64,000 nt of DNA, taken from Vicugna vicugna (lineage: Eukaryota). The stretch lies in contig MU062133.1 of NCBI GenBank assembly GCA_013265495.1, positions 5,037,819 through 5,101,818 of the forward strand, given 5' to 3'. This document shows positions 49,506 to 61,335 of the stretch, piece by piece (the first letter of the stretch is position 1; each line of letters starts with the position of its first letter). The translations under genes and the position numbers were made by a program. The notes under the pieces are model-generated. The model saw only the letters and a program-made list of their open reading frames with translations. It was not told the origin of the DNA and ran no database searches.

Positions 49506-52500
49506 CACCACTAACCACAGCGTCACACAGCCTCTCACAGCGACCACGTGAAAACGAATCTCACCCAAAGTCCACTCCGACGCATGCCATTTGTTCCGTG
49601 GCCTTCCCTAAAACTAGGGACACAGGCTTTTGCGAATGTCACCACATTTCCGGCTCCTTGTATGCTACGTTATAACAACAGAAGGAAATCGGTAGACGGC
49701 CACGGCCCTTCTTCCCTGGCTAGCAGCAGAGTCAGGCGAGAAAGAGCTGACGTGCGGGGAAGGCGTCCTGTGGGGAACGGGTGGCCCCGCGGAGGTCCTC
49801 AGAGGGAACATCTCCAAGCCTGCGTCCAGCATGAGCAGTCCTGCAGAGCTCCTCTCTCTGCCACTTTTGCAGTCTGGCCTGACCCCTGGGTTCCTTCCTG
49901 CTTTCCAGGAAGGGTGCCCGACACCTGGAAATAGAATCAGCTGTCTTATCAGGTAGTGAGCACCCCGTCGCTGGAAGCACGCAAGCAGACACCTGCCTGC
50001 AGGGCAATGTGTAGTGTGTCTGCTGGCACCAGAGGGATCTGCAGAGGATTTGGGGACACGTGCACGCCCGACTCCACGACGGGATGCCCCTGCTCCGCCC
50101 AGTCCTGCGTCTGGAAGTGCTGGGTGCGGCCCCCTCCAAGGCTGACACTTAGTTGTAGAAGCACCTCCTGGGTTTACCAGAAGCTTCACTGTTCATAGAC
50201 AGGGGGACACAGAGCGCGTATGGCCGAAGAGGGGCACTTAGAGGAGTGTTTGAATCCTGACCGCCTGACAGCTGTGGGCCTTGGTCAGGACACTTCATTC
50301 CCTGAGCTCGGCTTCCTGTTCTGGAGCTGGCGTTGAGACGCCCTCCTGGTGTGCTACAAGCATCCAGCACCTCGGTGTGCACAGAGCTTGGCACGTCCTG
50401 GGACACGTGCGGGTCAGCAAGGTCAAGGCTAACCCATGCATCCATCTTCCACACGTGTGACTGGAGGTCATCGGCACTAGGCTCTGTGCTACAGTAGAAT
50501 AAATTCTATATAGTATATATGTGCATATACATATATATGCACTTACACTATATACTTCTATATATGAGGGTGTGTATACACACAACCACACAGACACATA
50601 CAGATACATATTTTTTCCCCGAGAGAAAGACAGAAGGACAGATATAGTTTAAAAATCTCTTGTAGTTTTTACTGCAAAGGAACAGACCCAGTTCTTTGTA
50701 CAGTTGAATTTTGACATCAGACAGCTATGCTGTTAAATCTGTGTTTCTGGATGATGGAACTGGATTCCTCCTCCTCCTCCTGCTTCTTTTCTTGATCCCC
50801 ATCATCCTGTTCTGCTCACTCACACCTCCATGGGGTCACAGAAGAAATGAACTCATATTAGTCAGTTTGATTCTTTTTAGTCACTGCTGGGAACGAGGTG
50901 GGAAGATGAGAAGGTGGCGACTAATAGATTTTTAAAAAGCAGAGTTGAGGCATTATCTGTGTGTGATGACGAGCACTCTGGCTATTTCCTCCCCGCCACC
51001 AACCCCGAGAATTGAGTGTTGGCCTTCATTTATGAGAGTGCTGTTCCAGACTCTCTCCCAGATTCCCAACTCTTACTCATCCTTCAATGCCCAACTCATA
51101 TGCCCCACTTTGGAAGCCTTCCCTGACTCGCTTGGGCAGAGAGCAGCCTCCCTCTCTGCACCCACATCCCCTTGTTCACATGCCGGGGCTCTAACCCACC
51201 ATCTGCTCCATGACGGATGGTTTCTCTGTCTTTGTCACAAGGTTATGAACCCCTTGAGGGGTTGACCACGCTTGATACGCCTTGATGCTCCCAGGCCCAG
51301 CACAGCGTCTGTTGCCTGGTAAGGGCTTAGTTCTTATCTGTTTAACATCTGTGTACATTTCTAAAGGGAACACTCTTATTTTTGTCTTCAGCAGAGAGAG
51401 GGTTAAGAAATACAGTTAACGATTTGTTTTCTGACTAGAAAAAAACAGATCAAGATCTAAATCCATCATTTCTACTGGAAGAGCATGGGCTACCACTGGC
51501 CACTCTCTCCCACTAGAAACAAGGCTTGTTGTTCTAACCACTCACCAGCAATCTGGTACCAAGACTGCACGTGAGACGTTGTCAGCATTTCCCGTTCCCC
51601 AGGGCACTGGTGGTGGAAAGGCCAGGTATCGCCTACCCTCACTGCCATATCACTCAGGTGATCGGTATGGACCTACTTTACAGCGGAGGAAACTGTGATC
51701 TTATAATGTTACAAGGAGTGGATGTCAAATAAGCACTTTAGAGAGCAGGGGGTCAAATAAAATTAGACCCTTTGCTTTGTAAAACTACGGTCTTGCCAGG
51801 CCATCCATCTTTGCTGACAGCACTGTGACCAGCTCTGAGCTGTGTTCAGGGTGGACTCAACCCTCTCGGCTTGACCTCCAAGGTCCCTGGATAATACTTG
51901 CAGCTTGTCTATCTGAACAAGTCTTTCACGCTCTCAGACGCAGCTCAGCGCACCCCCATGGCTGCAGGGAATGACAGCTTGTGCTTCTGTGCCTGGACAC
52001 ATGGAACCGTCCCTGAAGTTTCCCACTCACCTGGCGGACTCCTCATCTCTAGGACTGAGTGGAGACAGCGTGTCCAGGAAGCTTCCCCGGCTCTGTCCCT
52101 CCCCTGGGGTCAGGCGTCCCTCCTCTTGGCTCCCTAACACCCACTCTAATCATAATACTGAGAAGTGGTGTGCTGCCTAGTCACTAGCAGGTCTCCCAGG
52201 AAAACCGGAAACAACCTGAGGGCAGGCACTGGATCTCGGCATCGCTACCCCCTGTGTCTGGCACTGGTGCTGACACAGAACAGGTCCTCACAAGTTTGCT
52301 GAATGGCAGGATCCTCCCTCCTCTCTGAAGGCGAGACTTGGCAATCATCTAGGTGAATGAACCCTGAGACAATTGGTGCAAATGACTTGTGGGAGGTTCC
52401 AGTGGAAAATTCACACTCTAGCAAGTTGGTTTCACAATGACCAAATTAGGACAACTGCTCACTTGGACCTAATTTGTGGATGCATGTTCTCTAGGCAGCC

Positions 52501-53059
52501 TTGGACCAGGGCCATGCCGTGGGCTCAGAGCACGGGGCCAAAGCTCATTCATCTCCAGAGTCTCGGTACCTAGCGCCCAATACAGGGTTTTGAATGAAGG
52601 TCTAGTACTCTTCTGGCCAAGAGCATCCTTCTTTACTTCTACTTAGGGATGTTTCAGGGATGAGTCGTTTGAGGTGCTCTGGGGAAAAGGAGGAGTGGTA
52701 GAGGAATTTCTGGAAAAGCCACTCAGAACAGGAAAACCCAAGTCTTCACATGGCCTTCTGAGACCTGCACCACCTGCCCTCCTCTCTGTCCTCACCTCCC
52801 TCCCCTGTCCCTCGTTCCTTCTGCTCCAATCCTGTTGGCCACCTGCTGGTCCTTAAGCCCCAAGCACATCCCCACCTCAGAGCCTCTGGTCCAGCTTCCC
52901 TTCTAGCCTCACCCCCTCACTCTGTCTGGGTCCTGCTCCAATGACACCTTATCAGGGAGGCCTCCCCGGCCTCCTGCCTAACATAGCGATGCCTGTTCCC
53001 CGCCTTCCTATCCTTCTGGCTTTATTTATTTATTTATGCTGGAAAAAAAATTTTTTTTG

Positions 53060-53435
53060 ATATTTCATATAGTATTTTTTTATTGAGTTATAGTCAGTTT
53101 GCAATGTTTTGTCAATTTCTGGTGCACAGCTCTTCAGTCACACATGAATATATATATATATATATATATATATTCATTTTTATATTAGTTTTCACCATGA
53201 GCTACTACAAGTATTAAATATATTTCCCTGTGCTGTACAGTATGAACTTGTTTATCCATTTTATATATACCTGTCAGTATCTGCAAGTCTCAAACTCCCA
53301 GTTTATCCCTTCCCACCTCCCTCCGCCCTGGCAACCACAAGTCTGAATTCTATGTCTGTAAGTCTGTTTCTGTTTTATATATAAGTTCATTTGTCTTCTT
53401 TTTAAATTTTTTTAATTTAATTTTTAATTTTTTTT
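53060..53435 (-). mobile_element. L1 3'UTR fragment (cetartiodactyl type), contains (TA)n, nested in an L2
   Basis: Reverse complement resembles the 40500-40815 L1 3'UTR (acagacttacagacatag, gggataaactgggagtttgaga, ctgtacagcacagggaaatata). Confidence 0.8.
53148..53173 (+). repeat. (TA)n microsatellite within L1 3'UTR
   Basis: direct. Confidence 0.9.
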
Positions 53436-54164
53436 AGTTTTGCTCCCCCCCCTCCACCTAGATTGCAGTGATCAGAACACTTCGTACTGCCTGATACCAA
53501 GTATGTTCTTGGACTTGCTGACACGCCCCTGACTCCAGCCGAATGCAAGCTCCAGAACAGGAGTCCTATTTTATTTCGTCTTGTCCTGGAGCCCTAACAC
53601 CTAGAATGCCCCTGCCGTGTAGCGCGTGCTCCATAAATATCTGGGGGATGAACGGGTGGCTGGAAACACGAATGCCCCACAGGAGTTCAGAGCCAAGGAA
53701 GCAAGCCAGGGACGCAGCCCTGGATGAACACGGGCTTGAAACTGAACTGTCTCGGGCCCCCACATCAGTTGACCCCAGTGGTCAGCGCCTGCCTCTGGGT
53801 CTTGGAAGTATGCTGGTCTGAAGGGTGAGCTAGTTTTCAGCTGGTATCTCAGGAGACAAAGGAGGCACTCAAGGGGCTAGGAGGGAGTGAGCCCCGAAGT
53901 TGGAGGTAACAGAGCAAACCTTCCAATGGCCGAGCTGCAGAGGGCAATCTGGCCACAGGAGGGAGGGGAGGCTGCTACTGCATAGGGACTCTGAAATCTG
54001 AAGCAGCTGGAAATAGCCCCTCCCTTCTTTAACTGGGTGGAACTCAGGCTGTGTGGAGATGAGGCTCGTCCCTAGATTTTAGGCACAGGTTCAAATGCAA
54101 CCCAGTGGGGGCTCAAAGCTCTATTTAAATACCTCTGATCAGGTTGGACAGGGAAAGAAGCTGG

Positions 54165-54385
54165 CATTTTCTGACGTTTACTATAAGCAAGAAAGTACAC
54201 TACTGCATTAGGGTCTCCTTTGAGCCTCCGCACAAGCCTGCAACACAAGAGAGACAGGCCCGTCTCACAGAGGGGGAAGCAGAGGCTCAGGAATTGAACA
54301 CAATCTAGGCAAAATCACTCAACCAATAAATAGCAGAACTGAGATGTGAAGTCAGGTCTGTCTCATTTCAAAAGCTCTTCTCTTT
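54165..54385 (-). mobile_element. MIR SINE
   Basis: tgacgtttactataagcaag...acagagggggaagcagaggctcagg...gcagaactgagatgtgaagtcaggtctgtct. Confidence 0.65.
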
Positions 54386-55591
54386 CCTCTGAATGACGCT
54401 CAGTCAGGGACCACTCCGGGGAAAGAAACCGTAAGGGGAAGAAAGGAAAGGAGCAAAAGAGAAACCTGCTCCCCTCCCCCAAGAATGAGAATCTGGTATA
54501 AGAAACAAATCTGGGGTAAAACAATCACAAGAACTCAGAATTGGAAAACACCATAGGAATCAACTGGTCTTGCCTCTGTCCTGGGCTCAGCCTTCTGAAA
54601 TGCTTCTGATTTTAGTTTTTAAGGAAACTCAAGATGGCTTGATGAAAAAGAAGAGCTTCAGGAAAGGACAGCAGGAGGTGACGGCAGCAGCTGCTAAAAG
54701 AGTAGTGGGTATGTGGTCCTCTCGGCTTATTGCCATCTCCTCCTGGGTCCTGACCTTGGATGTGTGGGTGCCCTGCCCCAGCGAGAAGGAGATGCGCTAA
54801 GACAACACAGCTCAGGATGCTGAATCCTGAGCAGATCCTTCATCATCTGGGAGGGATGCCAGGTCCAAGTCCAATGAAGAAGTTCAAGTGGATGTGGCCC
54901 TCTCCTTCCGGATAAGGAGAAAAATGTCCAGGACTGATTGGGCGGAGCTGAGAGAGGAGGGAGGTAACCACATGCTGGCGGTGAGGGGAGAGGACAAGGG
55001 GCTGGGGCTGGGGCCCGTGGCGCCCTTGGATGACAACTTTACAAGCTGAGTTTACCTCTAAGAATGTTTATGGCAAGTGAGATGCCAACCAGACCTCTGG
55101 CAGGAGACCTAAATTCCATCCCAGGCTGGCTGCTTCTCTCCCTGCTGGTCCCAGTCTGGATGGCCAGGATGGGCAGAGTGGAACTCCCACACGGATTCTG
55201 CAGGGAGAGAGCCACCTACAAGTGCCACTCTATTCTGCTCTCCCCCGGCATGCAGTTCCAAGCGACTCATTTCCTGCCTAAACACTCAAAAGACTTAAGG
55301 CAGCGATGGCTCCCACTCAGAAGGCAGTGAGAGAACCCAGGGATGTTTTAACCACTTCAAAATCACAGCTTCTTTGAAACGTACATTAATTATTAATCAC
55401 GCCCTTGTGTTTCTCCTTTTGCGTGCACGTGGTGTTAGGAAACACGGATTCCAATCAAAGAGGACAAATCTGATGGAATGGCTTCCTGAATCCTTCCAGA
55501 TACCCTGCAAGCATACACATCACAATCTCTGCACCAAAAACGCTGGTCATGCTCCAGCTGTCTGCTATGAGCCAAGACAGTTGTTTCTTAC

Positions 55592-55746
55592 CTGGAGATG
55601 TCTCCTGTGACACAGATTCACCAATCCAGGCTGGTGGAACAGACCAGAAGAGCAGCTGTTTGGCCGAGACAAGTCTGGCTCCCCAAATCAGGGCTGTGGC
55701 CCTCAGGAGTCCTGCGGTTTCTCTGTCCTTAGTGAGTGATAATCCG
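55592..55746 (-). other. CYRIA: CYRIA non-coding 5'UTR exon (155 nt)
   Basis: Strong acceptor ttgcattcccttttag|CGGATT, with a candidate branch point (gtaac) ~20 nt upstream, and a strong donor TCTCCAG|gtaaga. It contains no ATG. Splicing gives ...CTCCAG/GTTTGCTGGGATG, consistent with my recollection of the FAM49A 5'UTR. Confidence 0.8.
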
Positions 55747-55782
55747 CTAAAAGGGAATGCAAGCCTTGTTACTACAAGAGGC

Positions 55783-55793
55783 CACTTCCTCTT
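55783..55793 (-). promoter_or_regulatory. PU.1/ETS motif AAGAGGAAGTG just upstream of the 5'UTR exon
   Basis: Plus-strand cacttcctctt, 37 nt from the exon boundary. Confidence 0.45.
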
Positions 55794-57427
55794 CCCCTCT
55801 CATCAGAACACATTCTTTTAAGGAGAGCAGCGAGAGTCCCAGAATCACAGGTTCCCGGGGCTGGACGAAACTGCTGTGCCACTCCTGTCTACAGCTTCCG
55901 TTTTGTCGTCGGGGAAGCCGAAGCTCAGAGGGGAAAACAGCCCGGTTCGGGGGTTCAGCAACACGGGATGGGGAGGCTCCAGATCAGAACATGTCTCTGA
56001 CTCTTCGGCCCCTGGAATTTTTTAAAAAGCAGTCACACTGTCAAGCTGACTTAAACAAGTGGTCGTTGACCCTGAATGGACGTCTTTTTTTGTTTGTTTG
56101 TTTGTTTTAAAATGGATTTTCAAAAAGGGAGGAGGTGGCACTTTTTCCAGATTGCTGTTTTTGTAGTTTTACCCCTGGGAGCTAAATTAGTAAAACAGCC
56201 CCTCTCAGGCATGTGGTTGGGATGGTTTTCCATGAGAAAAATACTGCCGTGGAATAACGGAATCCCTGATCACAGCGGGAGGCGGGCTTTGGTTTTAGTG
56301 AGGGACGCGCACGCACCCAGCTGCTGGCCCTCCTCGTCTCTCCTGGTCTCTGTCTCTGTCTCTGTCTCTCCATGTTTCAGGAAAACACGGTATCATTTAT
56401 CATGTGATTTTTCTGACCACTGTACATTTGAACAGCCACTCCTCTGGACAGAAAACCAAAATCAAAGAAGGGATCTCACATTTATTAAGCAAATAATATT
56501 TATATCTACAAGGCACACCATGTGAATCTTCTAGATATATCTCCCTACTTTGGCCTCCAAAATTCCTCTGGAGGTACCACGCACTCCACTGTCCCAGAGG
56601 GTTAGGGAACCGAGCTTGAGAATACTAGAACGATCTGCTGAGTCTTGGAGAAAGTTCGGTGCAGAACCAGATGTGCATTCATCTCTGTGTTTGGTCCATC
56701 TAAACTGGACTACAGCTATTAGGCCAAAACACTAAGGAATTGTCTTGTTTCTCCAGTGTGTTAGCTTGAAGGCAGGAGAGAGCTCTTTGGAAGCTGTTCA
56801 TGGTGTAAGGACATGAAGGGTTGTTCTTGTAAGGCCGCTGCTCTTTCAGAGAGGATGCTCGAAAGGCCGTGGCTTCCTGTGTGTTTCCAGCCAGGGCTCA
56901 TGCGCCCCAGAGAAGCCGGGCTGGCCCTGGCTCCGAGCAGCCAGAGGAAATCATGGCTATCAACGCCTGGCCTCTGTTCCTGTTCTCAGACCAGGGGCAC
57001 GGCTGGAGAGATGAGATGGGGGTGGAGAAAGAGGAAGAAAAAACAGGAAGTGGGGGGGCGGGGAGGAGGGAAGGAAATGATAGAGAAAACACAGCAACTC
57101 TGTAGTCTCTGGCCTGATGAGAAAGTGATTTTCTGGGCCCTGCATTTTGGGAAACCAGGTCATGGCGGCAGCCGGGAGAGAAGTGGGTTTCCTCCAGATT
57201 TGGGGCTGAGCCAAAATGAGTGAATTCCCATCAGAGCCCAGGCTGAGGAGAAGGGGGCCTGACACAGGTGCTGTTTCCCACGGGCACCTGGGGTAGACAC
57301 TAAAGAGGGGGAATTTCTAAAGAAGAGTCCCCAGGTAAGAAGAGCAGGGCCCTCACCTCTTAGCTGGGGCGGCGAGGCCAGCCCTGCAGCAGAAGGACCT
57401 GGACACGGGAGGCGCTACTGCAGTGAT

Positions 57428-57446
57428 CAGGCATCAGGGGGCGCTG
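57428..57446 (+). promoter_or_regulatory. Candidate CTCF core motif
   Basis: caggcatcagggggcgctg; good 3' half, weaker 5' half. Confidence 0.45.
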
Positions 57447-57989
57447 TCCCACCCCCACCACTTTCTCAAATGCTCTCAAAATGATAACCCACTTTTCCTA
57501 CCACAAAACTAAAAGGGTCAGGGCAGTGGGATGCGAGTCTCCTCCAGACCATGACCCTAAGGCACTTCCAGAATCTTTTCCTATCCATTTTGTCCTCTAC
57601 TTATTTGCAGACACTTCAGAAGTTCCCCAGTTCCCAACAGGCACCATTAAGGATGCCAGTCACCTGGTAAAAGGTGAACAACCACACAGAGAGACGACCC
57701 TAATAAGAACCTAATCATACTGCAATACCAGTGTGAATAGGACTTCACAGCCTCCTGATGGGTAGGGGGAGGAGGGTAGGGAACACAGCCCCTTCACGGG
57801 CATGCCTTCAGATGCCAGTCCCACCCACTCCTGTGGTTCCCCAGACTGGTTGTGCATCTGGAGAAGTTAACAAAAAGTACAGCCACAACCTGGAGTCAAG
57901 GCCAAGCTCCTGAGTTTGTCACCGGCTGGCTGTGGTCCACGGACCAGTGTTTAGATGACCTGGATCCTAACCCAGCCTTCACCATGTCC

Positions 57990-58400
57990 CATCTCCACCA
58001 TCTTATTGATTGGATCAAAGAGACCCGATCAAGGCGGAAGCTCACTTCTCCCACCATCCAAATAAACACAGAGTGATGAAAAGTAAGCGCATCTTTGAGA
58101 GGAGTCCAAGCTTTTTGAAGGGATGGCTGGTGGTTTCCTGTTTGAGTCACCCGTGGGCCAGAGGTCCAGCGGGGAGAACGGAGACCACGCAAGGACAGAC
58201 ACAGCTCCCATTTCGGGTCCCCACCAGCAGCCCAGCCTCACACAACAGCGACGCCACTTTGCTTCTGTCGCCAGTGGTTCCGGATGGCCGGAGCTGTGGC
58301 CACAGTCCCTCTGCTCCATGGAGGAGACCAACACGACCTGAGACCGTCAGGAGGCGGCACCTGCCGCGCCTGGCAGCCAGCAAAGTGCTCTTCAGTATCT
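57990..58400 (+). mobile_element. MaLR solo LTR remnant (MLT1J/K-like)
   Basis: tgattggatcaaagagacccgatcaagg ... ggatggccggagctgtggccacag...ccatggagg resembles MLT1 motifs. Confidence 0.45.
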
Positions 58401-58434
58401 TATCTTCTTTGGCCATTTTAAGAGACGTGCAAAG

Positions 58435-58560
58435 CAGGGGCCATTAACCTATTTTAAAAACGGGGAAGCTGAAATCCAAGTACACACAATGACTCATCCA
58501 AGGTCACACAACAACCGAAACTAGAAACTAGAACACGCATCTCCTGACCTCCAGGCTGGT
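58435..58560 (-). mobile_element. MIR SINE
   Basis: cctattttaaaaacggggaagctga...atgactcatccaaggtcacacaac...tctcctgacctccagg. Confidence 0.65.
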
Positions 58561-59039
58561 GACCTGTGACCCCTGCACTGCCTCCTGCCCCGCCCCCCAC
58601 CCTTCAGGGGAGGAGTGGAGAAACAGCTTAGAACAGCTGCCCGGCTTCCACTTTTGAATGGTTCCAGAAGTGGGAGGGCTGGGCGGGGGGCAAACCGAGA
58701 GAAGGCAATATTGATGGTGAGGGGTCTGAGGAGCCTGGAGGACTGTCTCCCTGCCCTGCAGGCTGGGAAGACATGGACTCCAAGGGCAAGATGGCAGCGT
58801 GCTTGTTCAAGTCCCCGGTCAACCAGCAGCAGAGCCTACACCCTGAGTCAGGACCCCTCTCTCAGGACAGCCTCTGTCCCCCAGCACCGCACGCACCTGC
58901 CCACGAGAAGACAAATGGGATGGTCTGTAGATAACAAACACCATCCCCGTTCATCAGGTATCCTCAGGGCTTCCGCTGTGACTTAACTTGGGACATCTGG
59001 TAACTCCTGAAACCTCACAGCAGCCACACCAGACAGATG

Positions 59040-59170
59040 GACCTCATTCCCATCCCATTTTACAGATGAGGAAACTGACACAAGGGGTTTGGCCAAGGGG
59101 TTTGGCTTTTGAGTAGTAGAACCAAGATCTGAATTCAGGCAGTCTGGCTTGGATTCCTGCTTCTAGCCCC
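59040..59170 (-). mobile_element. MIR SINE
   Basis: catccccattttacagatgaggaaactgacac...gatctgaattcaggcagtctgg. Confidence 0.75.
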
Positions 59171-59809
59171 AATGGGGTTAACACCTCATCTCAACGCGGT
59201 TACATTAAAAAACAGAAACAAGGAAAGAAAGGGCGAGGCGTGTAGAACAGCCAATTAGTGGAAAGAAACAGAGGATAAAGTAAGGCTCTAGGAACAGATG
59301 ACATCTTCCTTCAAAAGGCGGAGGAAGGCAGGGAACTCTCCAGGCAGGGAATCTGATGGCAAGGTGCTGAATAAGCAGGACGAGGAGTCTGGTCCCCAGC
59401 CCTCCTTGGGAGAGCCCCCCGGTGGCAGCCAGCACCACCGGTAAACGACTTCCTGGCCTTGGTGTTGATACAGCACCACTCGTGGGAGGAGGAAGTGGGG
59501 TGGGCTGGGGAGGGGACCGAGGCGGGGAGGGCCCAAGATGGGAGAGTCATCAGGGTGGGTGGAAGGGATGATGTCTTGGGAACCCAGTTCCCATGTCATA
59601 GAGGGAGGGACCCGCTGGGCAGGCTGGCGAGCGACTCTGCCAAAAGTCCCCACCTGGAACAGTCAGTGCACGTGCTCCCAGGGACCCTGGGTTCTGGGGA
59701 TGCTGTGCGATTTCAGCCTCACGAAGACCTGGGGAGCAGGGCAGGGCAGGGACCAGCCCTCACTCACCATTTCATAGATGGAGAGACTAGAGCCAAAGTA
59801 AGCATAGTC

Positions 59810-60050
59810 ATGAAATAATAGTAGTAATAATAATAATGTCAACCACCGTTTGTTGGAGCCTATCAGGAAACAAAACGGATGCTTTCCGCAGGTTGCTCAG
59901 TAATAACACCAACTCTATGAGGGCCAAACTACTATTCCTAATTCGTAGCTGAGATAAGCTCAGTGAGGCCCTAAAGGTCAGCCAGTTGGCTGGGAGGAAG
60001 GATCTGAACTGCTATCGAGCTGACACCCTGGCCCACGGTCTCACCTCTGA
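59810..60050 (-). mobile_element. MIR SINE
   Basis: caccaactctatgagggc...tattcctaattcgtagctgagataagctcag...ggatctgaact. Confidence 0.55.
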
Positions 60051-61234
60051 GCCACACACGCCGTGAGACGGTGTCAGGCTCTCCCCGTGACTGCGCGACG
60101 GTGCTCACCCGCAGCCACCTTTGGGCTGTTAAAGCACGAACGTGCAGGCCTTTCCTTGTGGAGATGATCCACACTCCAGCCACACTAAATGCGCGGGCGT
60201 GGTCACATACAATTAAGGGGTCGTGTGATTTATCATCCAAACTTGGGTACTTCTCAGAGTGAAGAGGGGCCTATTAATAATGCCACTGGGACAACAGGCA
60301 TCGACCAGGCCTGTCCCAGGCACACGGGGACCTAGGGCCGCCCTACTATAACCCACAGTACCACGGGGCTGGTCATTTTACGCCTTGCTGTGTCGGTGGG
60401 GAACTCTCCAGGACGATCCCCAGCTTTCAATCCACCCAAATACTCCTTTGCAACAATTCACTCTCCCTTTGCACACCAGAAAAGTCTCCTATAACCACTG
60501 GTCTTGTGGTCCTTACGTATAAACCAGGCTGCTGCAACCTGATTATAAAGCAGACGTGCTGTGATGCGCGAAGCGAGGGTGTGACTCGTTCAGCAGTCTG
60601 CTCTGAAAGGACTGTTCGGTGCCTTGTGCCCTCGCACCCAGAACCTGAATGTGCAGCTGTTCTGATAACCAGCCAGCCCCCCAAACCTGAGGGCTGGCGG
60701 CCCTCCCATCTCGGGGGCCTAAGGCAGCAGGACGGGTGTCTCCACTGCCGGCAGCACTGACCTTGCCCGGAGCGGATGGACCTGTCGCCCTTTGGCCAGC
60801 GGTCTCCCCTCTGCTCCCACGGGGCTGGAGAGGATGCAGGTGGCGCTTAAAGCCTGCTTTTTGTTTCTTAAAAAATCTGCCTCCTTAAGACTCTCTGGTC
60901 AAGAGGAAAAGAGTCTGCTGTTCTTTTGAAACCAGGAAATCAGTCGTAAGTCAATCTCACACACATCAATACAGGTAGAGTGAAGGCTAACAAGAAAGCA
61001 ATCAGCCCAGTCTCTGAAGAGACCGTCTCGGCATCCATTTAATTAGGGGGCATCACAGGACCTCTGACCCAGCGATTTCTGACAGCTCTCGGACGCTCAC
61101 CCCGGAGACCCCGACGGGGCTCTTCAAGGCACCGGCTTCCCGGCTCAGGGCCCCGCCCTGCAATCACACAAACGGCCCGCGTCTTTTACTTGTTCTGCAT
61201 AGGAGTGCCTGCCAGTGGTGACTTTTGGTAAATA

Positions 61235-61335
61235 GGAAGACCTTTTTTTCTAAATTAGGTCACATTCACAGGTTGTTGGGGCTTGGGACACGGATTTATC
61301 TGGGGGGCGGCCTGGGACCACCACTCAGCCCACTG
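61235..61335 (+). mobile_element. MaLR LTR 3' end remnant (MLT1-like)
   Basis: aaattaggtcacattcacaggttgttggggcttgggacacggatttatctgggggg...ccactcagcccact resembles the MLT1 terminus. Confidence 0.5.

Larger units (their letters stand above)
52770..53630 (+). mobile_element. L2 3' fragment interrupted by the L1 at 53060-53435
   Basis: cccacctcagagcct...ctccaatgacacctt.tcagggaggcct left of the L1; gctccagaacagg...ctggagccctaacacctagaatg...ccataaatatctg right of it. Confidence 0.55.

Noticed and set aside
52031-52157. Candidate exon ending in a perfect CAG|GTGAGT donor
   Set aside because: The acceptor is only modest and there is no other support; isolated consensus donors are frequent in 28-kb introns.
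54810-54832. Perfect 9-bp hairpin gctcaggat-gctga-atcctgagc
   Set aside because: About 2 are expected by chance in a window this size, and there is no supporting context.
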